Source of the DNA: Macrostomum lignano
Lineage: Eukaryota
Length of the DNA: 64,000 nt
Direction of reading: 5' to 3'
Assembly: GCA_002269645.1 (NCBI GenBank)
Contig: NIVC01002120.1
Coordinates: forward strand, 35,922 to 99,921
Shown piece after piece: positions 12,536-23,811 of the stretch (positions within the stretch are counted from its first letter, which is position 1; the number at the start of each line of letters is the position of its first letter). Below the pieces are notes generated by a model. It ran no database searches. It was not told the origin of the DNA and worked only from the letters and a program-made list of their open reading frames with translations. A program made the translations under genes and the position numbers.

Positions 12536-12910
12536 TGTGCCTGTCTCCATTTGGGCGCCATGTAGTTGAATTAGAGTCAATTTAGGGTTGATCTTTACCG
12601 TCGCTGTGCTGTTGTAGCGGCTGTGAAATGAAAAAGGTAGAGCTAGCAAAATCACTCCAAGCTAGAAACAAAATCACACTGAAAGTGATATGAGCGTAGT
12701 GGAGAAAATAAATGAGCGTAGGCAAGATTAAAATAAATAGCACTTTCTGCCACACATGTTCAGTGGGCTTTAATAGAATGAATTAGCATGGATTGGTGCT
12801 TTTCTTTCAATTAATTGCCAGTTGTATTCTGCTTTGTGCTAATAGTTTACTCAATACTGAAATAGAAAAACAATTCTCAGCCAGTTGCTAATCTCTCTTT
12901 TCTGCATGCG

Positions 12911-12925
12911 GCCAGCCAATCAGAA
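12911..12925 (+). promoter_or_regulatory. CCAAT box ~150 bp upstream of the neurocalcin ATG
   Basis: gccagCCAATcag (CCAAT 12916-12920) matches the NF-Y consensus; TSS unknown. Confidence 0.3.
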
Positions 12926-13069
12926 GCAGCCAGGCTTTGGCCTCGAGCCCCCGCTCCCTTCTCCCCTTTCCATGGCCCTCTTAATCCAGCTTTCCAAATC
13001 CCCATAGCAAAGTTCTGCTAGAACTGCTTCCTCTTCGTCTGCCCAGACCTCGCCAGCTGGTCAGTAGAT

Positions 13070-13447
13070 ATGGGATCGAAATCCTCAAAGCTGAGTCCAG
13101 AGCAGCTGCACGACCTCGTGGAGCAGACGCAGTTCACCGAGGAGGAGCTGCAGGACTGGTACCGCGGCTTCATCAAAGACTGCCCGAATGGCGAGCTGAG
13201 CAGGCCCGAGTTCCAGAAGATCTACGCCAACTTCTTTCCCTATGGAGACGCCTCCAAGTTTGCTGACCACGTGTTCCGCACCTTCGACCGGGACGGCAAC
13301 GACCGCATCGACTTCCGCGAGTTCATCTGCGCTCTCAGCGTCACCTCCAGGGGCCGTCTGGAGCAGAAACTGTCCTGGGCCTTCTCCATGTACGACCTGG
13401 ATGGAGACGGCTTCATCAGCAGGGAGGAGATGCTGGAGATTGTGAGG
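13070..13447 (+). CDS. NCALD-like: Neurocalcin/hippocalcin-like neuronal calcium sensor, coding exon 1 (126 aa)
   Basis: MGSKSSK myristoylation motif, inactive EF1 (KDCPNG), [28 protein letters not shown]3 [12 protein letters not shown]. Donor agg|gtgagt at 13448, phase 0. Confidence 0.95.
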
Positions 13448-13497
13448 GTGAGTCGCTGCAGGATACTGGATATTATGTGAAGGGTGAGTGCTCTAGG

Positions 13498-13745
13498 GTG
13501 CTGGAGATTGTGCGGAGGGTGCTGGAGATTGTGCAGAGGGTGCTGGAAATTTGCAGAGGGTGCTGGAAATTGTGCAGAGGGTGCTGGAGATTGTGCGGAG
13601 GGTGCTGGAGATTGTGCAGAGGGTGCTGGAGATTGTGCAGAGGGTGCTGGAGATTGTGCAGAGGGTGCTGGAGATTGTGCAGAGGGTGCTGGAGATTGTG
13701 CAGAGGGTGCTGGAGATTCTGCGGAGGGTGCTGAAGATTGTGCAG
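13498..13745 (+). repeat. 21-bp intronic minisatellite (gtgctggagattgtgcagagg), ~12 copies
   Basis: Unit copies the exon-1 end atgctggagattgtgagg|gt. Confidence 0.95.
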
Positions 13746-14604
13746 GAGTACTACATAATAAACTTATTTATCTAGAGCATGGGTAGACTTACTGACTGAA
13801 GAAATTCCACACAATAATATCGTGCGCTCCGCTCATTTTATTGATTTCGCCAATCAAAGGGACAATGGAGCGGGGCGCCTATGAGCTGCAATTGCAGAGT
13901 TCCCAGGTGCGGAATCAGTGCAGTTGCTGGCCTGTGCTAGCATTGCTTGTCACAGCTGGTTTGTCTGGGCCGGCTGTTGTTCTGTTTTCCAACTCCCGGG
14001 ATTAATGGAGTCACCCGGCAAGGGAACCGGAGGCGGTCTCAGCGGAACCCAGAGCGAGCGGCTGCTGGGTGCCGGTACGGCCGGGGCAAAATGCGAAGAC
14101 ACAGGGGAAATCTCTGCGGAAATCGATAATTCTCTCCCAGGAGGCAAATACAGGACCTCTTGAACCCTTATTGATCCGGCAGGTTCCGCGGTACTCAGCG
14201 CCTCATTACAGGTCCGACACAGGCATTTTGAGCGGCATTGCGTTTTGTTTTAACGTTCCAGCAGCAGGACATGACTTCTGCCCATCCTGGGCGGATACTG
14301 TATGCAGGCACGCACATGCTCGTCGCTCATTCAGGGTGTACAGCGGCCCCCGACTGTCTAATTGTCAGGCATTTACACCCTGTGTCTTGGAGTTAACCCT
14401 CATGGCTGTGAATTTCACGACAACCCCAGGGCCACCTCCCGAACGAAAAATCCTTGCCGCACCACTTAATCATGGCACTACGAATGACGCCAATCTTGTG
14501 TGATCCGTGCTCATGTCTGCCGTTGCTGAGCTACCAACCAGATTGCATTACGATCGAGTCAATCCAACTTGCATTTATGTTTTTTTTGAAATAAAAATTC
14601 TGAT

Positions 14605-14770
14605 GAGGCATAAAAATTTAGATAGCAAAATGGGCATTCATATGCCCAAAAGACAGTAGAGTAAACGCATTTTGCAAGAAAATTTTAATGACGAGGCATA
14701 GAAATTTAGATAGCCATGCGCATTCATATGCCCAAAAGACAGTAGAGTAAACGCATTTTGCAAGAAAAAG
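14605..14770. repeat. ~86-bp tandem duplication in the neurocalcin intron
   Basis: atgcccaaaagacagtagagtaaacgcattttgcaagaaaa at 14642 and 14728. Confidence 0.9.
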
Positions 14771-14803
14771 CTGCAACTGGACAGTCACTGCCGCCGCCCG
14801 CAG

Positions 14804-14998
14804 GCCATCTACAGCATGGTTGGCATGGTGATGCGCATGCCGGAAGACGAGGCGACCCCGGAGAAGCGGACGGATAAAATATTTCGCCAAATGGACAAAG
14901 ACTTGGACGGCCGGCTGTCGATGGAGGAATTTATCGAGGGCGCCAAGTCGGATCCGAGCATTGTGAGGCTGCTGCAGTTCGATCCGAACCAGCGCTGA
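14804..14998 (+). CDS. NCALD-like: Neurocalcin/hippocalcin-like, coding exon 2 (total 190 aa)
   Basis: Acceptor cccgcag|gcc. [61 protein letters not shown] closely matches the neurocalcin C-terminus. aataaa near 15088. Confidence 0.95.
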   Translation, partial: AIYSMVGMVMRMPEDEATPEKRTDKIFRQMDKDLDGRLSMEEFIEGAKSDPSIVRLLQFDPNQR

Positions 14999-16487
14999 CT
15001 TGGCGGTTGCTGGGGGAAGGGGATTCGGCGTGTAAAAATTAGTTTTATCAATTTCTGCTGGTGTCAGTCTTGATTGGTTCTCTGCTAATAAACTCCCTCT
15101 TAATTCCATTTTTTATGCCGTTTATATTTTGCAATCAAACCCCCCGATCGCCTACTTACGTGCTTACTGTTCAGTAGTGTAATGCAGTCTACTGTGCAAT
15201 CGATAAAAAATGTGCAAAGTGTCTCTGATTGGCTGTCGTGGCTTCCGTCAAGTCCGTACGCTTTTTTTGTGTGCCGCCGTTCAAGCAAGCCAATCAGATT
15301 AATGCTCAGCAGCTCAGATACTTTCCTGCAGTTATTATGCACTTTTTATTTTCCCACTTGTATTATTCGGTATCACGGATTGCAAATTCCATGCCTGCTG
15401 GTTGATTATTCTTTACCAATAGAATCTGAACGCAAGCCATCTGATTTTGTGTGTCCGCCTGCTGTCTTCTGTGTTGTTGACTTTGATGCCAGTCTCCGCT
15501 TTTGTGACCCCGCTTAGTGGCCGCCTCCCCTTGTCTGTGTCCTGTGTGTGTCCATCTGTGGCAGCACATTTGCGCCCTTTTCTGTTGTGCAGTCTTTGTC
15601 TACAATTGTTGCATTTCCTTGGTTATCGCTGCCCGCATGTGGGACCACTCTGATCTTCTCTCCCTTGAATCTCCCTGCCCTGATCCTCCCTCTCCTGATC
15701 CTCTCCTGATCCTCCCCTGATCCTCCCCTGATCCTGCTCTGATCCTCTCCTGATCGTCTCCTGATCCTGCTCTGATCCTCTCCTGATCCTCCCCTGATCC
15801 TCCCCTGATCCTCCCCTGATCCTGCTCTGATCCTCCCCTGATCCTGCTCTGATCCTCTCCTGATCCTCCCCTGATTCTCCCTCTCCTGATCCTCTCCTGA
15901 TCCTCCCCTGATCCTCTCCTGATTCTGCTCTAATCCTCTCCTGATCCTCTCCTGATCCTGCTCTGATCCTCTCCTGATCCTCTCCTGATCCTCCCCTGAT
16001 CCTCCCCTGATCCTGCTCTGATCCTCTCCTGATCGTCTCCTGATCCTCCCCTGATCCTCCCCTGATCCTCCCCTGATCCTGCTCTGATCCTCTCCTGATC
16101 CTCCCCTGATTCTCCCTCTCCTGATCCTCTCCTGATCCTCCCCTGATCCTCCCCTGATCCTGCTCTGATCCTCTCCTGATCGTCTCCTGATCCTCCCCTG
16201 ATCCTCTCCTGATCCTGCTCTGATCCTCTCCTGATCCTGCTCTGATCCTCTCCTGATCCCCCCTGATCCTTCCCTGATCCTGCTCTGATCCTCTCCTGAT
16301 CCTCCCCTGATCCTCCCTCTCCTGATCCTCTCCTGATCCTCTCCTGATCCTGCTCTGATCCTCTCCTGATCCTCCCCTGATCCTTCCCTGATCCTGCTCT
16401 AATCCTCTCCTGATCCTCTCCTGATCCTGCTCTTGCGGTAGAGAAGCACTCTTAACAGATAATAGTAAGACAAAACTCAATATTGTT

Positions 16488-16527
16488 TGCGACGCGTTTC
16501 GGCTGAAACTGGCCATCTTCAGGCACT
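16488..16527 (-). ncRNA. Second minimal hammerhead motif, inverted copy
   Basis: Minus strand reads agtgc-CTGAAGA-t-ggc(cagtttca)gcc-GAAA-cgcg-TC-gca. Confidence 0.7.
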
Positions 16528-16560
16528 ATCGTTAATAGGTTGAAATAAATTCTGTTCGAT

Positions 16561-16600
16561 AGTGCCTGAAGATGGCTGGTTTTGGCCGAAACGCGTCGCA
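16561..16600 (+). ncRNA. Minimal type I hammerhead ribozyme motif (Penelope-like-element type)
   Basis: tgc-CTGAAGA-t-ggct(ggtttt)ggcc-GAAA-cgcg-TC-gca: CUGANGA and GAAA boxes, stem II, palindromic stem III, GUC triplet (cut after 16597), 3-bp stem I. Confidence 0.7.
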
Positions 16601-19600
16601 AGTAGTATTGAGTTTTGTCTTACTATGATCCTGCTCTGATCCTGCTCTGATCCTCCCCTGATCCTCTCCTGATCCTGCTCTAATCCTCTCCTGATCCTCT
16701 CCTGATCCTGCTCTGATCCTCTCCTGATCCTCTCCTGATCCTGCTCTGATCCTCTCCTGATCCTCTCCTGATCCTCCCCTGATTCTCCCTCTCTTGATCC
16801 TCTCCTGATCCTGCTCTGATCCTCTCCTGATCCTCCCCTGATCCTCCCCTGATCCTCCCTCTCCTGATCCTCTCCTGATCCTCCCCTTATTCTCCCCTGA
16901 TCCCTCCTGATCCTCCTCTGATCCTCCCTGATCCTCCCCTTATCCCTCCTGATCCTCCCCTGATCCTCTCCTGATTCTCCCCTGATCCTCCCCTGATTCT
17001 CCCCTGATCCTCCCCTGATCCTCCCCTGATCCCTCCTTATCCTCCCCTGATCCCTCCTTATCCTCCCCTGATCCCTCCTTATCCTCCCCTGATCCCTCCT
17101 TATCCTCCCCTGACCCTCCTCCCTCCCTAATCGCCTTCTCGTCCTCCCTCCCCTCATTCTCCCTTTGATCCTCCCTGATCCTCTCCTCATCTCTCCCGAG
17201 CCTCCTCATCCCGTGATGATTCTCATTCCCTGAACTCTCTGATGTCCTGATCTCCCCTACTCCTTGAGTGTTTATCTTTTTTCCAGTTGTGCTGTCTGCT
17301 GTCGCTTTATAATTATTTTGATGAAATATTTATGAAAAATGCAATGCTGTTTCAGAATCGAAACTTGCAGCTGCTCTTTCCTTGGTATCTCGTGTGAGCT
17401 TAGTTTTTTAAACCCTGTGTTAAAATTTAATTATACAAATTGTGCAGAATTGTGCTGTTTTATTGCGATTACCGTGCCAGAATGGCCTGAACATGGCCTA
17501 TGAGTAGTCAGTCCTGTCTGCGTTACTTTACTTTCCTCATTTTTAATGCACATTTTTTAGAATTTGGAGCCTCAAATTATGTGCATCTTATTTGCATAAT
17601 TTTTTATACCGAGAATTTGCACTCTCCGCTGTGACCCATCTAGCTGACCAGCTGCCGCTGCCCATGAGTGCCTTTGCTATCGATTCTTCATTCGATTAGA
17701 TCAATTTTCGTATATCTGATTAGTCTCCCACTATTTTCGAGTTGAATTAATACAAGCAAGCAAAGCAATACATGTACAATCAAGAACGCAGCCTGCAACA
17801 GTTGTCATACGAGTATCGGTTGGATCAAAATCGGAGAGAATCTTGATGCGAGCGTACGAGTACATGCCGTATAATTTGATTTAACGATCGATTTTAAAAT
17901 AAAATCTACTGTGACGCAACTATTGAATTCTAACTATTATTTTTAGAAAAGTTCTAACTTAGGAACAAGATCTCGGTTTCCGAATCTAGGATTTGTGAAT
18001 TAAAGTGAAATTTTGCGAGTTTTTTTAACACGCAGTCATAAACGTTAAACAACGAAATACCAAGAACAATTAACAAGATGGTCGAAAAATTGTCGAGACT
18101 CAAAGATCTATTCTAAGATAAGATCTATAGTGAGATCTAAGTTTAGAATGGAGCTGAAGTCGATCGGCTACGCAGGTACGCGCTGGCGGGCAATCGCATA
18201 AATTGACACCGAAACAAACTTATTGCTTATTAAAATACAGCTTTTTAAAAAATTCTTTTCTTCTTGTTTCTAGTCTTAAATTGTCTAGATAATCGCGTAT
18301 TTTTGTTTTAAATTACCAGTTTCTTCCGGACCTTAGTAATGATCAAATCTAATCTAATCTAAAATTAGCTATAAGCACTGTCGGTTTCGGTTTCGCTGAT
18401 TGGCTGGCTATGCTACTAGGAGACGACGACAGGCCTTAAATGGGAGTATAGAATGAGCTATCGTGACTCAATCATTTTCTATGCGCAGAGTTTGAACTCT
18501 AGACGCAGTTGCGGCTTTAAGTGTGTCTGGACACTGAGACTGATCTGATGTCACAATCGATAATGTTCGATCCATTGTGTACTACCGTTAGTTTTTTACT
18601 TTTTTAGTTCATCTATTAATGCTAGTTAAGTTAGCTGTACGAGCGTAGTTATATTCATATTTATTCCTATCTGTAATATATAGCGTCGTTAGTTCTATGC
18701 CTAGATAAGAGGCCTAGACCTAATTGGATCATGGTATATTACAGTTGTACGCACATAGTATTTTTACCAAGTGCCAAGTGGTCGAAAACAACTATCCCCT
18801 TTCGGAATTTGGTTTTGTAGTCATTCAAAACTAATAGTCTAATATAATAATATAATTTTTATTAAGAATATATAGGCCTATTATTAATTGAAACTTAAAA
18901 TTATGGCCTATGCTATAATTTATAAACTATTCAAGCATTGATTTAGAAAATTTAAGATGGGCAACCGACATGTACTATTATTATTATTATAGTCAGAGAC
19001 TAGGCTATACTATACTATAGTATAGGCAAGGATCCAGAAAATATTGAATAGAGCCAAAGCCAGACAGAGGGATGCAGAATAGGCCTATTACTAGGGTAAA
19101 GGTAAGGTTAGGGTATATTTGTTTTTTATTCTAATTTATTTGATAATATATTACTTGGGCTAGGCCTATACTATCCAGTATACTGGCTATATTAATATAA
19201 AAAGATAAAAAACTTTAATTCAAAGAAAAAAGTAAGGCCCTACCCTTTGTCTAAATCTATTACTACAGTTCTACTATAGCTGTGGCCTGTGGATATGGCT
19301 ATAGAAAGTTAGGCCTTACAGATGGGCCTACAAAGCTTTTTTGGCAAAACAAAGTTATTTATAAATATAGGCCCCTAGTTTGCTAGTTATAGTATAGGCA
19401 GCTTGGTGGGTATTAGAAGTCTACATTTTGTCAACTAGGCCTATTCTGCACAAATCTGTGCTTAGGCCTATACTTGCCTTTTTATAGTATTTTTATAGTA
19501 ACCTAAAATTATGGCTTACCTAGGGTTGTTATAGGCCTAGTTTGTTATTATTTATATAAGTAATGAAGTGAAAGAACATATATTTTCTATAATTAGGATT

Positions 19601-21202
19601 ACATCTATTTAATATTACTCAACTAAAACTTAAAAGACCATTAGACCTATTGACTATTGATTTGTTTAATGGAAGTAGGCTAATAAGAATAAATTAATAT
19701 TACTAGTTTTAATGTAAAGAGATTTTTTAAATTCCTAGAAGTTTTCTGTCATAAGGAGAGTCCATGTACCAAACCATAGCCTTAGCCATAAGCAAAACTA
19801 TGGCTTATTCCAATTTTCTATTCCATAGCTGTAGGCCCTAGGAACCTTAATATTACTATATTCTTATAGTTCCTATAGCTGTAGCCATAGTTTTAACAAA
19901 GTCTAGAAAACAAAATATTTTTAATCAAGAAGATAAACTAGCACTTAAACAACTGCAAATTAAGTTAGAAAATTAAAGAAATACTTGATTATCTTTGTAA
20001 GATTATATTTCATCTTTTAACAATACTTAATCCATATACTAAAAATGAAATTGCTACTAAAAGTAATAATACTAAACTTTTTCACATTAATGAAAATTAG
20101 AGTTTGTTAGTGTTTTATTGTACTTTATTAGATATATTCTATAAGTTTCTAAGTTGATAATACAGTTTATTAAAGTATCTTTGTTTAACTTTACTGTTTC
20201 TAATATTTTTTCAATTTTTTAAAGTAATAACTATGGCTATGGGAATCTACAGAATGTGATAGCAATTACCATAATTCTGTAGTCGTAGCCATAAGAGCAG
20301 CTAGCTACCATAGGTATATCTATAGCTACAATAGGCACCTATTTTACCATATTTGCTCTAGGATCCTATAGCCATAGCTACGGCTACAATGGAACACTAC
20401 CCTAGAATTTGAGTCAAATAATAAAGATTTTTAATGCTATATCAATATTGAATTTGGGTAATAAAGGCAAAAGTCTAGATTAATATCTTCATTTTCAAGG
20501 GGAGCTCTTAAGTCCTTAGGGTTAGGGATTTAAATAATGGTGACTAAACATTTTATCAAATGGCAATTTGGCATTTTGTCAACTAGACATTATGGCAACT
20601 TAGCAAATTATAGCTGATTATTATAGCTGCACTAGCCAGAGAATATGAGAAATAGCATTGCAATGTCAAATTTGTTTAAAACATGTACATTTCTTAAAGC
20701 CCTATTGGAATAGAATTTCACCAAAACCCCTGAATGCCACGCAGGCATACTTCAAACGGTCACACCTATGTAGCCCTATTTGAATAAATGGCTTTGGCAT
20801 TCCTGTGCAAAAGACTAAAAAGAGAAGTTATTCAAGTGACTAGGTAAATAGCAAGAATAACTAAGACTATCTTATTAAAGCTGAATGCCTTATCATCTAA
20901 TTAGTACCTTCTCTATATTCTTTTTGGGTAGGCATTTTTGTGACTTATCCCTGGTCTACCACAATTTATGGTAGCCAAATCAATCAGGTTGGCCAGCAAT
21001 TGGCAGTTGTGCATATGTGATTTCTAGAAATTATTGATAGTAACAAATTTTATTAAGTAACAATTGTACTATATTTACATTTATAAGTAATTATGGGTAA
21101 ATTTTGGTAGCTAAGTATTTAGTGCATTAGATAAAAATAATTTATAAACAATAAAACTATTTGGCCAAGAATGTTGAATGTTAAGACTTTGAATTGGCTT
21201 CC

Positions 21203-21648
21203 TGCAACAAGACAATCTGGTGACAAACAATCCAGCAACAGTCAGCTTGGCAATAGACAATCTGGTGACCGATTTTGTAATGTAATCATATATCTGATTA
21301 TGAAACTAGTATGCAGCCCTTAGTAAAAATAAAGAAAGAAGATATCTATTTATAAATGCAGTTTCCCTTTTTTAAAGCAATATTATCATTATAAGAAAAG
21401 AAGCTATTGATCAAAATCTGTACATTTTGCACCCCCTAAATTCTAATCCTTAAAATTATTTTTGCATATATTCTAAAAAATAAATATCAATAATAATAAT
21501 TAATAACAATAATATATAATTAAAACAATCAAAACTCTCTCATCTGTTTAAATGCCAAAAAACTGAATTAAATATAACAGCCTTTTATTATACTTTGTCA
21601 CCAGATTGATTGTTGCTGGATTGTCTGTCACTAGATTATCTTGTTGCA
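21203..21648. mobile_element. MITE-like element with 38-bp inverted ends
   Basis: 21203-21240 vs reverse complement of 21611-21648: 35/38 identical. AT-rich non-coding interior; no clear TSD. Confidence 0.55.
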
Positions 21649-21816
21649 AGATTGACTAGAAACCCTTTGAATTACACACATTTCTAGTTTTCTAAATTTG
21701 CCTTTTTATTTTGTAAGTTTAGCATGGTCTATGCTCTTATGTGCATGTGCACCCACATATACATGCAGATACACTTATAAGTGTGCCTGTGCATGCACAT
21801 TTTTGCGGCACCTGCA

Positions 21817-22290
21817 CCTAAATTTCACAACGCCTAAAGCACGTGATTTCACATCACCTAAATTTCATAACGCCTAGATTTAACAACGCCTAAAATTGAA
21901 AATGCAACCTTCACAATGCCTAAATTTCACATCGCCTAAATTTCACAACGCCTAAAATTTCTGCACGCTCCTTCACATGGCCTAAATTTCATATTGCCTA
22001 AATTTCACAACGCCTAAAAATCTGCATGCTCTTTCATATCGCCTAAACTTCATATCGCCTAAATTTCACAACACCTAAAACTGAATGTGAAGGAGAGAAG
22101 CAAAGATTTTAGGCGTTGTGAAATTTAGGCGATATGAAATTTAGGCGTTGTGAAGGATGCTGCATTTTTGGTTTTAGGCATTGTGAAATTTAGGCAATAT
22201 GAAATTTAGGCGATGTGAAAGAGCGTGCAAATATTTTAGGCATTGTGAAATTTAGGCAATATGAAATTTAGGCATTGTGAAATTTAGGTC
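21817..22290. mobile_element. Foldback-like element: two opposed arrays of a ~16-bp motif (cctaaatttcacaacg)
   Basis: Forward copies ~21817-22080, reverse-complement copies (ttaggcgttgtgaaat) ~22105-22290, ~25-bp spacer. Confidence 0.65.
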
Positions 22291-23811
22291 TTATGAAAGC
22301 ATCCCCCTGCACCTACCAAATTTCTCAGGCACGCCAGATAGGCATCTGCAAAATGAAGACTTATTCCAATAGAGCTTAGTAGATTTTGTAGCAATGTTTG
22401 GTCCTCAATAGTGTTGCACCTTGGGCTTGGGGTTGCATCATGCAGCTGAACAATGCCTTGTAAACATTGGCAAGCTCCAAAATGCCTTGTTTGCTGAAAG
22501 GGTGTCAATGATGATAATGACAGATTGGACTGTGACAGCTATAGGAAATGGTTTCACCATGCCTTCAACATTGGTGCAATATTTTAGACATTCCTTTAAA
22601 TATTAACATGCTTAGGCACAACCTAGGGATTCACCCAGCCATTTCTATTGGCAACACACATATGTAAGTTGCTATTGGACAGAATAGTAGTCATGTAACT
22701 GCTCTCAGCCAATAGTGACTTACATGTGTAGGTTGCCAATAGAAATGGTTGAGTGATTTCTAAGCTTGCACATGTATGAATATTAAATAAGTGATATATG
22801 CAGGAAGGTGCACTAAATCTAAAAGATAAGTAATTATAATTGTACATATTGATTTTATTAGTCATTCAGTGCAGATGAATAGCTAATAGGCTTAACATGA
22901 CAAATGAATAATTTTGGCTTGAACCAAATGTCCAGTTGCAATAATGTTTAGTCTGGTTGACAAAGTACTAGTTAATAAAATGCCAATTGACAAAATATCC
23001 TGGAAGCTAAACAACAGAGTTTTTATATCATATGCATATTTTTGTTGGGTAGTGAAGAAAGTTAGGATTGTTTTTTAAGGGAAACTTTTAGTCTCTAACT
23101 ACTACTTATAACTACTACTTAACTCTAACTTAACTCCATATTAAAGTAGTCTTGAAAAAGTCCCAAAGTTAATTAAATATACTGACTTATTAATATTAAT
23201 AAATCCAATGTATCCTTATAATATGACCCTAGCCTAGGGACCTAGGTAGATAAATAGTTAAAATGTCAGTGCAAGCTTGTTTAAGCAATAATGAGATAAT
23301 AATAATTTAAAGCAATAAGAATATGGAATTAAAGGTCAATATTAAGACATACAAAATATAATCAAATCATTGTATATAGGTTAGGGAATATTAACTATAC
23401 ACAAATAAAACTAAGTATAAATCATAATCAGAAAAATTATTTAATCTAATTAATAGATATTTTAGTTTAAGTTGATTGTACAAATCATTACAGCATATAT
23501 AAGAGAGTTCTTTGAAATCCATGTACAAGATTAGAAACCACCCTTGTTATATTCAACTCTGCTCTTTACTGAATGCTTTTCTAATAGCTTGATTTAAATT
23601 TAATTAACCCAAACCCTTCAAAACAATTCTTTTATTTGACAAATGACAAATGACAAATTTCAAAAATTGTATTAAAAATGACATTCAATATTGCATATTG
23701 TTGTTTAATAGAACAACTATTTTGTATAAAAAAATCATTAGAAAATGAAACTATTTCCATTGAATAAGGTTTGGCCAATAACCTTTATGTAGGCATTCCA
23801 TCGTGAATAGC

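Larger units (their letters stand above)
15650..17190. repeat. CTGATCC-core simple satellite, interrupted at ~16434-16626
   Basis: ctgatcctcccc/ctgatcctctc/ctgatcctgct units; source of GSGEDQ-type spurious ORFs. Confidence 0.95.

Noticed and set aside
15623-17209. Long GSGEDQ/RIRRD ORFs
   Set aside because: Translations of the CTGAT satellite.
18148-18176. Possible upstream DGK exon (ATG 18148, donor gcag|gtacgc)
   Set aside because: Spliced to 23793 it gives only a 13-aa ORF out of frame with DGK; could be a 5' UTR exon but is unsupported.
22284-22508. ..GGCFH in a short minus ORF resembling the MULE CxFH motif
   Set aside because: No preceding DDE motifs and ends at a repeat boundary; indistinguishable from chance.
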